From positions 13,206,001 through 13,270,000 of the forward strand of contig OZ024743.1 in assembly GCA_964016885.1 (NCBI GenBank): a DNA stretch of 64,000 nucleotides, written 5' to 3'. A program made the translations under genes and the position numbers. The notes beneath the pieces were generated by a model. It saw nothing but the letters and a program-made list of their open reading frames with translations. It ran no database searches and had not been told where the DNA came from. This stretch comes from Eledone cirrhosa (Eukaryota). Of the stretch, positions 40,263 through 55,523 are shown piece after piece; within the stretch, counting starts at the first letter, position 1, and every line of letters starts with the position of its first letter.

Positions 40263-40641
40263 TAATTTTAATGTATTTCTTATATATTTCCTTTTGGTAT
40301 CGGTTATAATATTCACAGTTGTTGCAAGCCTGTAGAAAATATGTGGCTAAGAGGGGTTGGTTGTTACTACTATTATTGCAGCCGCTGAGACTACTACTAC
40401 AACAGTTAAAGATAGGGAGGGGAGCAAGAGGCGCTACCAACAGTTTTCATTACATCCTAAACTGACCAGCACTTCCACCAAAACTCTTGGGGTCATACAG
40501 GGACCGGTCGTCGAAGAAACAACACCACGTATACGGTCGGCCTCCTGTATCATGAAATGAAAATCTTTTTTAGGGGAAATTATTAGATTTTTCCAAATTC
40601 AAAGGATTCTCTGGAACTTTATATGTCTAGCTTAGGCTTTG

Positions 40642-40699
40642 CCGTCTGAAGAGCTCATGCTATCATAATTGATAGTGCTGAGTGAAATATGTATAACGG
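40642..40699 (+). ncRNA. Minimal hammerhead ribozyme within a PLE-like 3' end (~40560-40871)
   Basis: CCGU-CUGAAGA-GCUCA UGCUAUCA UAAU UGAUAGUG C UGAGU-GAAA-UAUGUA-UA-ACGG. Confidence 0.85.
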
Positions 40700-40868
40700 A
40701 AATTTAAATAAACATGAATCAACTGAGTATGGCCTCTGATATTTTATTAATATATAATATTCCGTCTTGTACCATTTATACAGGTAGTTGAGCGCTTCTT
40801 TTTATCTGCATCACAACCGACATACCATATCATGGTGTGATCTGCACATACTTGTTCTGTTAACCCCT

Positions 40869-40919
<51 letters not shown>

Positions 40920-41123
40920 GTTAGAAAGTGAACAACACAATATATAACTACTCCATTACCAAAGGTTTCAGGATTCTAGGCAATATTAAGATACGTCTGG
41001 ATCGTTAATCAGACATAGGTGGTATCATAACATCTCTTGAGTTGTTCACTTTCTAATTAAATAGCTCTTTTCTTTACATAGAGCACTCTTTTTTCTTTGC
41101 TTTTTCTTCGGAATTACTTATCA

Positions 41124-41154
<31 letters not shown>

Positions 41155-41483
41155 GAAACATGACATGCTTGAACGGCTCTTGTCTGTGTAGTGTTGTTTA
41201 TGTGCAAGGGTGCATGCGTGCGCGCAACTGAGATGATCAGCGTAGGGTCCACACTGTCTGACATGATGGGTACCCCACACATGAACCCGATCAACCTAAT
41301 ATACGTACGTTTACGATGTATACACACAAACACACACACACACATATATATATATGAACATCGACACACACTCATATTCAGTTATCTTCTACTGAATGGT
41401 CTTGGAGGTGATGATTAATGCTATCTACAGAATTGAACTTGCTAACTTGCTAATTGAACCTAAGTTTATGTAAAGAAAAAGAT

Positions 41484-41553
<70 letters not shown>

Positions 41554-41580
41554 TTCGATGAGACCGTCTTCATAGGAAAC

Positions 41581-41623
<43 letters not shown>

Positions 41624-42274
41624 CGTGCTTATGAAGGTGTATGTGGGAGTTGTGTTTATTGTGTGTATGTGGGTATGTGTGGATAGAGAAAACTGTAAAG
41701 AAACACAGATGTGAATGTTTATGTACAACCATGTGTTCGGTTCACTAGTTTCATGTTGATTTTTTTTTCCTCTTCAAAACACGTATACGCTACTTTTTTT
41801 ATGTCTAAAATTATATTAAAAGCTAGACGACCGAGGAAACGGACGCCTATAAGTTTCAAAGTCATAACGCCATTCAATTGACTACTCGGCGAAGATGATT
41901 AATGCATTATCGTTGTACACATATGTTATATGTAAATTTTAAAACTTGCAATAAATCTTTAAAAATCAATGTAACTAAAAACGTGCCTTCGGTAACCTTG
42001 TTTTATATTTTTTTGTCTAAATTTATATAACTCTAAACATAAAGAAGCATGTACTAGTTTCGGTAAAAACTCAAGTTTAAACAAGTCAACCGGACTAATG
42101 GTCATATTCTGAATTCCGTACAATTGATGTATCGCCACAAACGCCTGTACACACACATACGTATACATGAAAGATCGTTTAATGTTAGTGTCTCGTAATA
42201 TTACAGGAGTTCACTTCACGCCGCCTCCTCGCTCACTCTCTCATTCTTTCACTCTCTCCCTTTCTCTCTCTCTC

Positions 42275-42352
<78 letters not shown>

Positions 42353-42639
42353 TATGTATATATATATATGTAGGCAAGCTGCTTATTGATGAGGGTCTTC
42401 GTATCACGATCGGAAGTTCATACTCCCCCCCCCCCCGATTGTGTGCTGTCCTTGAGTCATCGCATAAGCAAAAATTAGTTGCACCTGTAATTTAAACACC
42501 AGCGGGCTCACACAATTTTATGAGTGTCAGATCATGAAACAACTAGAAAACTCGTCGTCGGAGCGTAGGTGAAAATGTATGTATGTATGTATGTATGTAT
42601 GTATGTATGTATGTATGTATGTATGTATGTATGTATGTA

Positions 42640-43185
42640 TTAGTGCTACTGGTAACATGTAACTCAGTACAATCTGTCACATGGTCGGGTCGTCGGCGAC
42701 TAAACCGGCAACTCCACCAAATTTACTTGGTGAGGCGGGTGATTTTGGACACCCTTCAGGACAAAAAACAAAACCTGACAAAGGGCGAAAGAACTTATGC
42801 CATCCAAAAATGTGTAAATATGTATATATATATATATATATGTGCGGCGACATAGAAATAATCGGGCTGGATACCCGATCGCGCGTTTAAACCACTGGGA
42901 GTGAAGGACCCAAAGCCTTTGTCAGGGCATTCTTCTAGGAGAAAGCAACTCAGGAAACTGGGATAACTCCGACATAAAACATGCGGCTCTGTAGTTACCG
43001 ATGATGTTGATGTTTTCTTCTTTTCGGGTTATAGCTACTGTCAGAGAGCGGGATTGCTCAGTGCACAGTCTTTCCTCACCATAAAAAACATCTTCACGCA
43101 TAGGCATTGCACGATAGCATTAATTGATAATTATGGATGTTATATCGACCAATGGCCATATTCGATAACGAGTGGGCAGCCATCA
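42640..43185 (+). mobile_element. Second copy of the RTE-5'UTR-like repeat, interrupted by (TA)n
   Basis: Colinear with 30443-31043. Confidence 0.55.
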
Positions 43186-44116
43186 TGTATGTATATATAT
43201 ATATGTACACACACGCACACCCACACACACATATATGGGTTTGTGTGTATGTGTGCAGTGTTGTGTAGTTTTCCTGTACACATCAAACACTCGACACAGT
43301 TTGCCTTTTTCTTAGTTTCTACACACTTTATTGAGAAAAGTAATGTTTGATGACCCATTTTACCGTCGAGAGATTTACAACCTTCCAGATTTTATCATAT
43401 CACGTCTTCTAGATGTAGACTGTTGATTGAATGGTCGCGTTAATGTCCCTATTTATCGCTTTTCTCCAGAAACGTGGGAACGCAGCCTACGTTTTTATTT
43501 CTCATTGACCGTCACCGAATTCTAAATCCATAACGAATTAAGTCAGGTTTCTATTTGCTATTAGATACGCTTATTGTTTACTACCAGGAATATTATTTGG
43601 GTGTGTGCGTGTGGTCATGTTCGTACATGGTGAGTCAGCGTTTTATAGTGGTGTATTATATGTGTTTTTTATCCCTTATTATTTAAAATTTTAATATCTA
43701 CTCAACAGATACGCCATAATTTCTTGTGATGAATGGCTTCAGTCAGTAGTATACATCATAGACCTTGAGTGGTACATATTTATTTGACTCTCAAATTTGG
43801 CTTCGGAAGGTAAATAGCTTTAACTAAATTATTATGCAATTGTTCAATATTGCACTGAATACTTCGCCCTTCTTTCTGGGTGTGTAATTAAAAAAACGGA
43901 GTAGATACAGAAATTAAGTTTTCGTAATAATTGTAAGTGTTTTTAACTGAGGTAGGGGAAACATATTTGACTGCGAATTGGCCCTTGGTTCACTGATAAG
44001 ATATGCTTACCCCTTTTTACCACGCTTAAAAATGCACCAAATTCACCAACAAGTACACACAGACAAGCACATGCAAAACACGTATTCACACACGAACACA
44101 TGCATCCTTCATAAAC

Positions 44117-44184
<68 letters not shown>

Positions 44185-44193
44185 ACGCACACG

Positions 44194-44225
<32 letters not shown>

Positions 44226-44402
44226 CATACATATATGAAAGAGCGCGATGAGTACCAGTTCAGTTTGAAATTCATCGACGATTGTCCTCCTTGCTTCTGC
44301 TGGACACCACCAGGTGGCCATAGCTGCCGGCGTCTTTGCATAGCCACGGCCTTCTAAATATTTATAAACATGATCTATTATATATATATATATATATATC
44401 TA

Positions 44403-44643
<241 letters not shown>

Positions 44644-44934
44644 GTGTATATATATATATCATAAAACATGTCTATAGAATCACCAGATAAAATATATACC
44701 ATTTCCTCTCCCAATTAGCATAATTAACCATATAAAAAATTGATTAGACCAAGCTATAAGAATAAAGGCTTCTATGAAGAAATCTCCGACAAATAACCGA
44801 AAGCAGCCCTTCGCGGCAGTTGCGACAGAGTATTTATCGAGTATTTCGACAGCGTGTATAAATCGAACAGATATACAGTCAACCAAACAGAATTAGGTGT
44901 AAAATAAACTAGGAGAAAAGTGAACATATTTAGT

Positions 44935-45013
44935 TATCTCTACCATGGTTTCGTCCGCATTTTAAGATATCCGATAACATTGGACATCTGGAGCACCGGA
45001 CTCTTCAGGAGTT
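44935..45013 (-). ncRNA. Hammerhead ribozyme with a long loop II
   Basis: CUC-CUGAAGA-GUCCG (~39 nt) CGGAC-GAAA-CCAUGG-UA-GAG. Confidence 0.8.
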
Positions 45014-45562
45014 AGCTCAAATTTAGACAATTAATTTTCCAAAGTGATCGCGCCAAGAATACATTCAAAAATGGCTAAGAATCGTGACGTAGCAGCGGTC
45101 AAGTTAGAAACAATGTGATTAGTTGCTTACGGCTGGTGGCCTTTTGCTAGAAAGCGCAGCCCAATACAGCCAAAATTGTATCTCAACCTAACGGGAGATT
45201 AGAGGGAAAAGCCACATGTCCTTCATATTCAGGAGTTGCATGTACAAGCGGAAAAACCTGAAGATGCCTCCTATAAGCCATCAGGAGATAGGGCCTCAAT
45301 ATCAGACTAGCTCACTTGAAACCTTCAGTGCGGGGATGCCTATTCACAAGACAATCTCCCACCAAAGATGACAGATACACCCTAGCCAATTACGTTTTCT
45401 GCAACACTAATTGTTGCCTTCATAATGGATGGTAAATCCGAAAATATTTGAAACAGTTCTAATCCTGTCGAAGTCATTTCTACATTAATTTTGATATTTT
45501 CACTCCACTAATATATTGAGTACCTTAATTACTGTGGTTACCATCGATTGAACCCGGGACTC

Positions 45563-45773
45563 GTATGTATATGTATATATATATACATTGCACTCGGGAA
45601 GGGTAACAACAACTTTAGACAAATATTTCATTGTATATATACACATGACAACATGTATAAGGATATAAATTTCGTTATATACATATATTTAAGTGTATAT
45701 ATATATGTATATATGTGTATATATATATATATGCGTGTATATATATATATATGCGTGTATATATATATATGCG

Positions 45774-45807
<34 letters not shown>

Positions 45808-46004
45808 CATACATATATATACACGTGAATATATGTATATTACAAAATTTATATCCATATACATGTGGTCATGTGTATATATACAATGAAATATTTGTCT
45901 AAAGTTGTTGTTATCCTTCCCGAGTGCAATGTATATATATATATACATATACATATGTATCTTTGCATGTATGTGAATATGTTTGTGCATATACAGTATA
46001 TACA

Positions 46005-46076
<72 letters not shown>

Positions 46077-46115
46077 TGTATATACACAAACATATTCACA
46101 TACATGCAAAGATAC
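45563..46115. repeat. Two adjacent inverted duplications centred on TA-rich tracts
   Basis: 45563-45690 mirrors 45828-45957; 45957-46000 mirrors 46070-46115. Confidence 0.85.
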
Positions 46116-47387
46116 GGATTTTCTGAGTATCCTTCAATTATTTAATAATATCGAAATTGCTTTCTGTCTTCCTGGAGAGTTTTCTTTCCTGCTTCAATTT
46201 TTTTATATTTGTGTAATATAACATTTTCGTTGACACAACAAGGTCAGTGGTAAAAATCCTAGACATATTATTCTGATTTATAGTAATAAAATAAAAACAA
46301 CACCAATATTACCACCAGCAATACCATCACCATGAACAACAAAACAATTTATCGTCCATACTACAGAGAAAAATAAAATACTTATTGCTTTTAACGAAAG
46401 AGATAAGATGGGAAGAAAATTGCAACTATACAAAAAGATATGATATAGACTAAGAAATAATTAGCAATAAAATACCTACTAACAAGCAACAAAATAACAG
46501 AGGTGAACAAACAAAGGAAAATAATTAGAATACCGAAAACCGACAAATAAATATAAATATAAACAAAAATTATAAATTAGAAGAAAAAAACGTAAGGTAT
46601 AAAGAAAATACATAAATAATCGAAATACGTAAAATAAAAAACAACGGCGACATTTTTTGCCCACGAACAGAAGTAAAATAAAGAACAAAATAATAACCAA
46701 ATAGATAAACAAATAATAAAAAAGAATTCATTGAAACACGACACAAAAAGCATTAATGCAAAGAAAAGAAGTCATATAAAGCAAACGAAACGAAAACACA
46801 ACTGAATAAAACAGACGATAAAAGCACACCCTAAAATGCTGTGTATGATTAGAAAACAAGATTCTAGCTTTCTATACAGTAGCGTAAAAATGAGATCTAA
46901 TGTCTGACTATCAATTTTATGACTTGAGGTTTGCACATGAAGATTAAAACAACGAAAATTGTGCTACATTATGAAGAGATTAGAGTAGCTAGAAAGAAGT
47001 CTGATATATATACAAGCCATATTCACAATCGTGGATATTAGATACAATGGTTGACACATCTGATTCGGAATGTATGTTCTTGCTTAGACAGTGGATGGTA
47101 TACACAGACATTACTAAACAGTGTGTATTGTATTTCAAAGACACAGTTTCCAGCGGCAAAATATTCCTTCAAATAACGATTTCATTGACACCGACATGTC
47201 TTTTATTTGCTATAGTTTATGCTGGGTACATTTATTACTTAATTATTGAGCTTCAGGGATGAGATGTAAAGTATCTACACAGAACCTAATCTCTTAATAT
47301 AGAAGAACGAAAACAATTACGGAAAATCTTTTAGGCTAGTATGACAACTGTTTCTATTAACCTCAGAATAGATTAAATGCTAGGGTA

Positions 47388-47452
<65 letters not shown>

Positions 47453-47525
47453 AGAACTACAAAAGAGGGTTTTTGCCTTGAGTTACCATAGTGTGTACCC
47501 TGACTAAGCCTAGCTAACTGTCCTG

Positions 47526-47596
<71 letters not shown>

Positions 47597-47794
47597 CGTA
47601 TATACATATATATATATATACGCACATATATATATACATATACATATACATATACACACACATATATATAAATATATATATCTATATCTATCTATATATA
47701 TATATATATATGTAAATATATATATCTATATCTATCTATATATATATAAATATATATAAATATATATACATATATTTGAAGCATTTTATGGAAT

Positions 47795-47901
47795 GGTTCA
47801 TATTCTGTGGTGACAGGCACGTTTGCAATTTTCATTGCAAACTTGACTGTCACCAGACAATATGAACCTGAAGGTTGCGGAAGCATGAACATACTTGTTC
47901 A
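47795..47901 (+). other. Fold-back hairpin followed by a degenerate hammerhead
   Basis: UGAAC-CUGAAGG-UUGC GGAA GCAU-GAAC-AUAC-UU-GUUCA at 47863-47901, with two core substitutions. Confidence 0.5.
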
Positions 47902-48070
47902 ATTAACACTTAACATTTAATATTCTACCATACTATTTCATTCTAATACCATTATATATTTTAAATGATTGTAAATAAAACGAGTAAATCAGACAAAGTT
48001 GGAATTCCTTTTATTAACATAATCTTCTATACACAATCATACACACCCGTGTATATTTCTCTCTCACTCA

Positions 48071-48110
<40 letters not shown>

Positions 48111-48112
48111 GA

Positions 48113-50514
48113 TGTAGTGACCTACATTCCGCGGGCTCACATACATTCTCTGTGCGTGATTTGGCTCAGCTCAGCCATTCAGCGCCAGTAGAAGAGGATG
48201 TATCCCTACGCGTTCTGAGGGAGAAATAGCCCGCAAAGATTTGAGGACGCTATCACTCGCAGCTGGACCATGCTAAGGTAAAACACGCTTGTTCTTTTGC
48301 TCCGTAAGCACAAACAATATGTAACGACAAAACATTACCTACGAGCCTGGCCAAACGCCTTCAGCTAGTCGCCCGTATTTTCTCTTGTAATCTTAATTGA
48401 TTTGTTTCATTTCTCTTGGCATGCCAGCCTAATTCACTTCTTAACCTTGGTTAATAAAGAATGTAAAAACAAGCTAAAGTCGTTGTCGATATTCCTATAA
48501 TATGTTTCTACCAAACTGGTGGTTCCTCGTGGCAACATTACAACTCTCTAAATACTATTCTCTACCACATTGGTGACAACATCTTCAACCAAATTGCTGA
48601 TCCTCGACGATTAAGTATGAAAACGCAGCCTATTTGAATTCGCCATTCGTTTTAATGGCTATGTGGAGTGGCTTAACATTTGGAATGTTCGAATCGGGTA
48701 GCTAGACTCACTTAGCGTCAGTCCATAAAATTCATAATATTCCATTTGTTGAAGCACGTGGCCTGCACAATATTTCTGTTATAACTTTCATGGTAACGCT
48801 AGTAACTCACGCATACAGACGAACACAAAAATACAACACAAAAAAAAAATTAATTAAAAAAAAAAGGATTTCTCTGGATGTGGAATTTTGCTTTCGGCGT
48901 TCTGTTGAAATTACAAATGGAGACTCAGAAATTTTGTTTTCCCGCGTACACTTGTCTTCTCCAATCCCAGCCGTCTGATTGGCTGCATCGTGCCACATGA
49001 CGGCTTCTTCATCACGGACACATTTTTCAATCGGCCCTCTTGCCGAATAATTTTTATGGAGAATAATTTTTTTTATTATTCAAATTTTCTTTAGAATATT
49101 TTAGAAAAAAGGAAAAAATTAGCAGTATTTCAAAAACTTTTCGCCACGAGGAAATTTCAAAACGGCTACCACCAAGTACCAGCCATCAGCAGCAACACAT
49201 GGCTAACTATTAACCAACATCAGGGAACGGCTTGTAACTTTACCGACGCAACCACCATACCTTCTGTCTCGTTACCACAAGGACTCGAGAAATTAAGACA
49301 TTAGTTTTCTCACCATAATGGCGTCAGACGTGGCGGCCATATTGGTGACTCTGCGTTCTTCAACGCTCGACTTCTACTCTACAGAAGATTCATTGTGACT
49401 TTGCAACAGCAACTCTACTGGCTCCCTAGTAAGAGCGTTCCCAAAGAAAAAAGAAGCGAACTTTTTGTTAAAAGAAAAGAAACAATTCTTTCTTTCTTCC
49501 TTTTTTTTTCAGGCATTTATTTTGGACTTTTATTTTTTTTTAAACTGTATTATATGAAAATTCATTTATCTCTATCATTGTATATGTGACCGCACGCACA
49601 CATTTTTTTTGCTGTATTACATGCCTGCATATATACACACACCTACAGATTCAACTTGCTTTTTTTTTCTTATCAAAGCAACCAGCCATTTTTTCCTGGC
49701 TCCCTAGCACATTCGGCAATACATCTGGGAGGCCATAATTTTCTCGCCAGCACTGGTACAACACTTATCATTAACATTTAATGCAAGAACAGCAACTTCG
49801 CCCATATCAGACTTTATCTGTTTTCTGGTAGACCTTTGGTGGTCACGTATAAAATACAAAACAGCTAGTCATTTGACAGCGGCTCAACACGGCCCGTCAC
49901 GCCTCATCTTTTTTTCTTGCATGCATCTTTCTGCTCAATTATTTTTTCAGCATTTGTTCTTGTTGATTCAATAATCTGTGGGTCCTCGGCTTCATCGTTA
50001 ACGATTTTCGGCTAAAAATCTGCTCGTAGGTGATGTAGTGACCTACATTCCGCAGGCTCACATACATTCTCTGTGCGTGATTTGGCTCAGCTCAGCCATT
50101 CAGCGCCAGTAGAAGAGGATGTATCCCTACGCGTTCTGAGGGAGAAATAGCCCGCAAAGATTTGAGGACGCTATCACTCGCAGCTGGACCATGCAAAGGT
50201 AAAACACGCTTGTTCTTTTGCTCCGTAAGCACAAACAATATGTAACGACAAAACATTACCTACGAGCCTGGCCAAACGCCTTCAGCCAGTCGCTCGTATT
50301 TTCTCTTGTAATCTTAATTGATTTGTTTCATTTCTCTTGGCATGCCAGCCTAATTCACTTCTTAACCTTGGTTAATAAAGAATGTAAAAACAAGCTAAAG
50401 TCGTTGTCGATATTCCTATCATATCTTTCTATCAAACTGGTGGTTCCTCGTGGCAACATTACAACTCTCTAAATACTATTCACTACCACATTGATGACAA
50501 CATCTTCAACCAAA
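48113..50514 (+). mobile_element. Non-autonomous LTR retroelement; LTRs at 48113-48569 and 50034-50490, PBS-like TGGTGAC at 48571
   Basis: 457-bp near-identical direct repeats with TG...CA ends and AATAAA; no pol ORF in the 1.46-kb interior. Confidence 0.85.
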
Positions 50515-51762
50515 ATATATATATATATATGTAAATGAGCGTGTGTGCCCATGTCTATATTTACGTTTGTGTTCGCATAAGTGATTGTGTCCTGGCCTGG
50601 TTCGATAAAAGCAACATCAATAAAATAAGTACCACACTTAAAAGAATATCTACTGGTATCGATATAATCGGCTAAATCAATGTAAAACCTTTAAATTTGT
50701 GTTAATGTGATGTTTATAATATTCTTAAATATTGAATGACGGTAAATCCTTTTTCTCATTTCCATTCAATGTAACTTAAATAATGCAACACAATGCCACA
50801 GAAGAATTGCCTTGATGTATCATAGCATGTTTGAAAGATGCGAGTATAAATCTGTATGTAAGCATGGATAAATGGTTAGGGATATTCTTTTGTATTCCTT
50901 AGATTCCAGGTTCGATCACATTGAATGGCATCTTCAGTAGGAGCAAAGCATGTGTGTGAAATTGTGTAAAAGGAAACCGTGGGAAAGATCGTCGGCTGGA
51001 TTGTAACTGTAATTCATAAGTTTAGCCACTCTGCCTCTTCCTGAGAATTAGAACATGGGTAGAAGTATCTCTGAAATATGCAGCCATTTGCATGTTAATT
51101 TTTCGATAGTGTAAATTCAGTTGATGGAAGAACTAAAATGTACACTAGGAAAAGGGATGGTTGATTCATCATGCATATATAAGCGCAATAAGAGAGAAGA
51201 ATGATGTGGGGGTTTCTAAACGTGCATTAATGCCTCGACAAAGAAAGACGGAAGCAACGCAGAAGAAGGCACCCGAGAAAAGGATGTATAGACATACTTA
51301 ATGAGGGAGGGACGGAGATTGAAAGAGACGACAGAAACTGTTCCACGGGATTCAATTGGTACAGCAGACGACATATCACAGGCTAACATACGTGCAAGAA
51401 GAAAGTGCATTGTTATTTTAATTTTTATTGATGTTTTATTGATGTTTATTTGATATTTATTTTAATGTTTATTGATATTTATTTTTATTTGATCGCGAAG
51501 TTATCCATAAGTTTATTGGATATAAATATATAGATATAGTATATTTTTGTATATGTTTTGTATATACATGCTTGAACGTGGTTTTAGTGTTAGTGCCAGT
51601 TTATATATAACTATATATATTTATACATACACACTCACGTACGCAAACACACACACCACACACACAGAGACACACACACACATACAGACACAGACACAGA
51701 CACACACACAGACACGCACACACACACATGTATATATATATGTCTCTCTATATATATATTTG

Positions 51763-52105
51763 AACAACATTGCTCAATATTCCAGAAATTTACAAATTTA
51801 GATAGCAAGAATTATTATGTCACGACGCGCCCGTGTGAACAATGGGCCAACATTAATTTCATTTCTTTACCAATATTTTCAAGAAGATATTTTAATATAT
51901 ATCTAACATCAAAATGAAATTACCATTATGATATCACATAAAAAATATAATGGTAATTTCATTTTGATGTTATTTATATATTAAAATATCTTCATGAAAA
52001 TATTGGGAAAGAAATAAAATTAGCGTTAGCCCATTGTAAACAATGGTGCGTCGTGACATTATAATTCTTGTTATTCAAATTTCCGAAATATTGAGAAATG
52101 AAGTT
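51763..52105. repeat. Diverged fold-back palindrome (~170 bp arms) between microsatellites
   Basis: Centre near 51940; taacatcaaaatgaaattaccattat/ataatggtaatttcattttgatgtta. Confidence 0.85.
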
Positions 52106-52129
52106 TAACGAGTGTATATATATATATAT

Positions 52130-52212
<83 letters not shown>

Positions 52213-53499
52213 CACGCGCGCGCGCGCACTTTGCAATACCACCAAGACAGCGTTTAATCATAACACGGGTGTATGAGCAAACATATATAAACATATACTA
52301 TATATTTATATGCAATAAACATATGGATAGCCACGATATCAAAGAAAATATTATCTCATAACGGAACAATTATTCTTCTCTATTTTCCCCTGTGAATACA
52401 TCACAGAGTTGTCAGTACAGTCCAAAATGCCAGACACCACTGTATCAAGATTTGTTAATATTTTATATTATGTGTCAGGCAATAGAACAAACTTGGTTTT
52501 ATTTATATCAATTCTTTATTAATATTTCAAGTAAGTATTTCTACTAACATAACGAATTGAAGCCAGTAAATGATTTTAGAATCTGGATCAAAAGAAAATC
52601 TTTAAAGCAAGAAAATTCATATTCACGCTGCAAAGACTAAATCTAGGATTGAATCTTTATTTATGATATTAATATTTCCAAATGTCATTATATTTGCTGC
52701 CATGAAAATTCTTCGTTTCGAGATTCAAAAAATAGTTAATCAAATGTAAATGTAAAAAGTGTAAACTTTGTTTAAGAAATATGTTTCACAAGCACAAAGG
52801 CCTTTTATAATTTGTCCTGTAGCATTAGCATAATTTTCAAAAGATTCGGAAAATTTCTATGGCAAATCGAAAGAAAATATTGGGAATAAATAAATTCTAG
52901 TGAAAAATCCATGACGCCACTATGTTTGATTATACAGAACAATAAGAATAATCTGTTGAAAATAACGTATTTTAAGTAAATAAATCTTGCACTGTAATTT
53001 GATTCTCAGTTCTTTATCTTCAAATCCATAGGAGAATAATGGACTAAAAGAAAAACTTAAATAACCGCTACTTGTACGTTGAACTATTATCGACTGATCA
53101 AACAAACAAGAGTTTATTGCATTCATAGTTTGATAGAACATATACAATACCGCACCACGAAGAAATAATATAGTCTAAACATTTTATTTAACTTGAGGAA
53201 TGATTTGACAGCTTCCTTGTTGACATGTAATCCTTTGGGCTCTTGAATATTAGTTCATTCCAAGTGAACATTTTATTGAAATGCAGATTGGAGTTTTAAA
53301 ATGAAAGATAATGAATACTGACACAGATAACAATTGAAAACAGAATATTTGCTGATATATTTGAGACTTGTTTTCTACTAATGTAAGGGTACTAAACCTC
53401 GAAATCTCATCGATATGTGTCCTATCACGTCTATATCTTGTTCACAAACTGACCCCTATTATTTAAAACACGTTGTAAAATCTACTTGTATCGGAGCTG

Positions 53500-53761
53500 G
53501 GAATGTGGTTAGAATGGCTCTGGAAAGAATCACTGGACAGATTTTACGGGCAAAACTAACCAGCAGGAGACCCATGGGTAGATCCCGAGAAAGATAGTTG
53601 GATAATATCCATGAGCTTGGCTGCTCTCAATTGGGGATCCAGCCGGATCAATTTGGGACGGTTGCTTGTGACAGGACCTGCTGGAAGGTGTGTTTGAAGA
53701 CTCTGCCTCCACGACCTCTCAGGAATAAGTGGGCAAAGAAGAAGAAGAAGAAGAAGAAGAG
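53500..53761 (+). mobile_element. RTE LINE 3' end with (GAA)n tail
   Basis: VVRMALERITGQILRAKLTSRRPMGRSRER; gggcaaa(gaa)n tail. Confidence 0.88.
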
Positions 53762-54835
53762 GTTTAGGAACCTAAAGTGTTCTTCACTTAGTGTTCTCAA
53801 ATTAATTTCAATTTAAAAAAATAAAAAAAATAAAAAAATAAACAAATTAACTGTTAGACATGTATATATATGTATCCTCTCATAATTAAAACTGCTAAAA
53901 TGATCAAACTTTGGCCAATTCTATTCCGCATAACTTTGACAAACAGTCTAAGACTTTGTCCAGCGTAGGATGGTTAAACATGCCGCAAAGAAAATAATTC
54001 TAAATATCTCGTTCGACATTATTGAAACAACCAAAGGCAATAATCAAGCAATACGGAAATGCTTGATTGCTTATAGTTTTCCATTGAATTTGATGACGAC
54101 TACCCTTTCTTATTTTTAGTTATTTGATGACTATATTTCAGTCAGATTTCTCCTCCAATTGTGGGCGCTGAGATGTCTTACCTTCCTAAAAATCAGCACA
54201 AATGAAAAATGCATTCGTATCGACTGCATTCTATTCTACAGCTACCATAAAGTTTTTTTCTATTTAACCCCAATATTAGTGTGTATTTAGAGCGTATTCC
54301 TCCTGCTTCTTTTCAATTAATTTCGTTCTGTCACGTAATCTCCTCATTGGAGTCATTAAAATTAGCAGAAAGGACAATATACAGCAATCCAGGTCAAATA
54401 AATCGTTATAAATAAATATATCTAAAAGTGCGCAACCTTTGAATAGAATTCGATTGTTCTATCATTAGTACATTTCGTTAGAGTTTATCAATGCAAATAT
54501 GAAAATAGTTGATATGAGATGATTAGCTATAGTTTGCAAAATGAAACAGCCTAATATACACTTAATGTGGAATCAATCAGCTCACTTCTTAATCACACTT
54601 TTCCTCACACGTCAACAAACTCCTGACATAACCCAGCCCACGGAACACACATTTCAGCTCCAATTATCATTAAAACACAGCCCAAGATTTGAAAATTAAT
54701 ATATGCTTACTCTCCAGAACTTCATATGTTCTTTTCACGTTTTCATAAGGAGTAATATTACTTGATATATTTAGAAAGAATGATGAAAGATATTTAAAGT
54801 AAAAGTTCAATCTTTGTTCACACATTTGGCCGTAA

Positions 54836-54924
<89 letters not shown>

Positions 54925-54928
<4 letters not shown>

Positions 54929-55096
54929 CGAAGGAAATGTGGTAAGGAACCAGATGGACCATAATGCACCAAAGTACTCAATACTTAGGGTAGTAGAGTG
55001 GGTAATAGGAGCGAGTAGGACTCCGACGGCATTTTAGTCCAGAATTAGCCGTCGAAACGGCTTGAGCTCAGCCCTCGGGGTCCTACTCGTTCCTAT
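54925..55096 (-). mobile_element. Fold-back family A copy
   Basis: Same tail; hairpin partly deleted. Confidence 0.85.
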
Positions 55097-55523
55097 ATAT
55101 ATATATATATATGAGAGAGAGAGCGAGAGAGAATCTAAATTTTAGATGAACAAAAATGAATAGTAAAAAAGAAGAAGAAATAAAGAAAGAAGAGAATCTG
55201 GATTTTAATTTGACAATATATTTTAGTCGCGATATATCTTGAATGAGAACTCCATTTTGGAAACTTCAGAGCGCATCAGAGAGTCTCGTTAGCCACCCCC
55301 TTTACTCCTGATCGTGTCGGAACTGGTGTGGCGACGTGAAGGTCTTAGTTGAATATATTTATGTCATAGCGACTGACAGGTTTGACAGATACCAGTAATT
55401 GTTTTGCCATGGTCATGTAACTCTTGATAGGCCGTCAGGTTGACAGTTGTTGGGTATCCTTTTAATGGCAACATTGGGTGTAGCAATAGTAGAGGTGGCA
55501 ATCTGTTCTATATTTAATATTAT

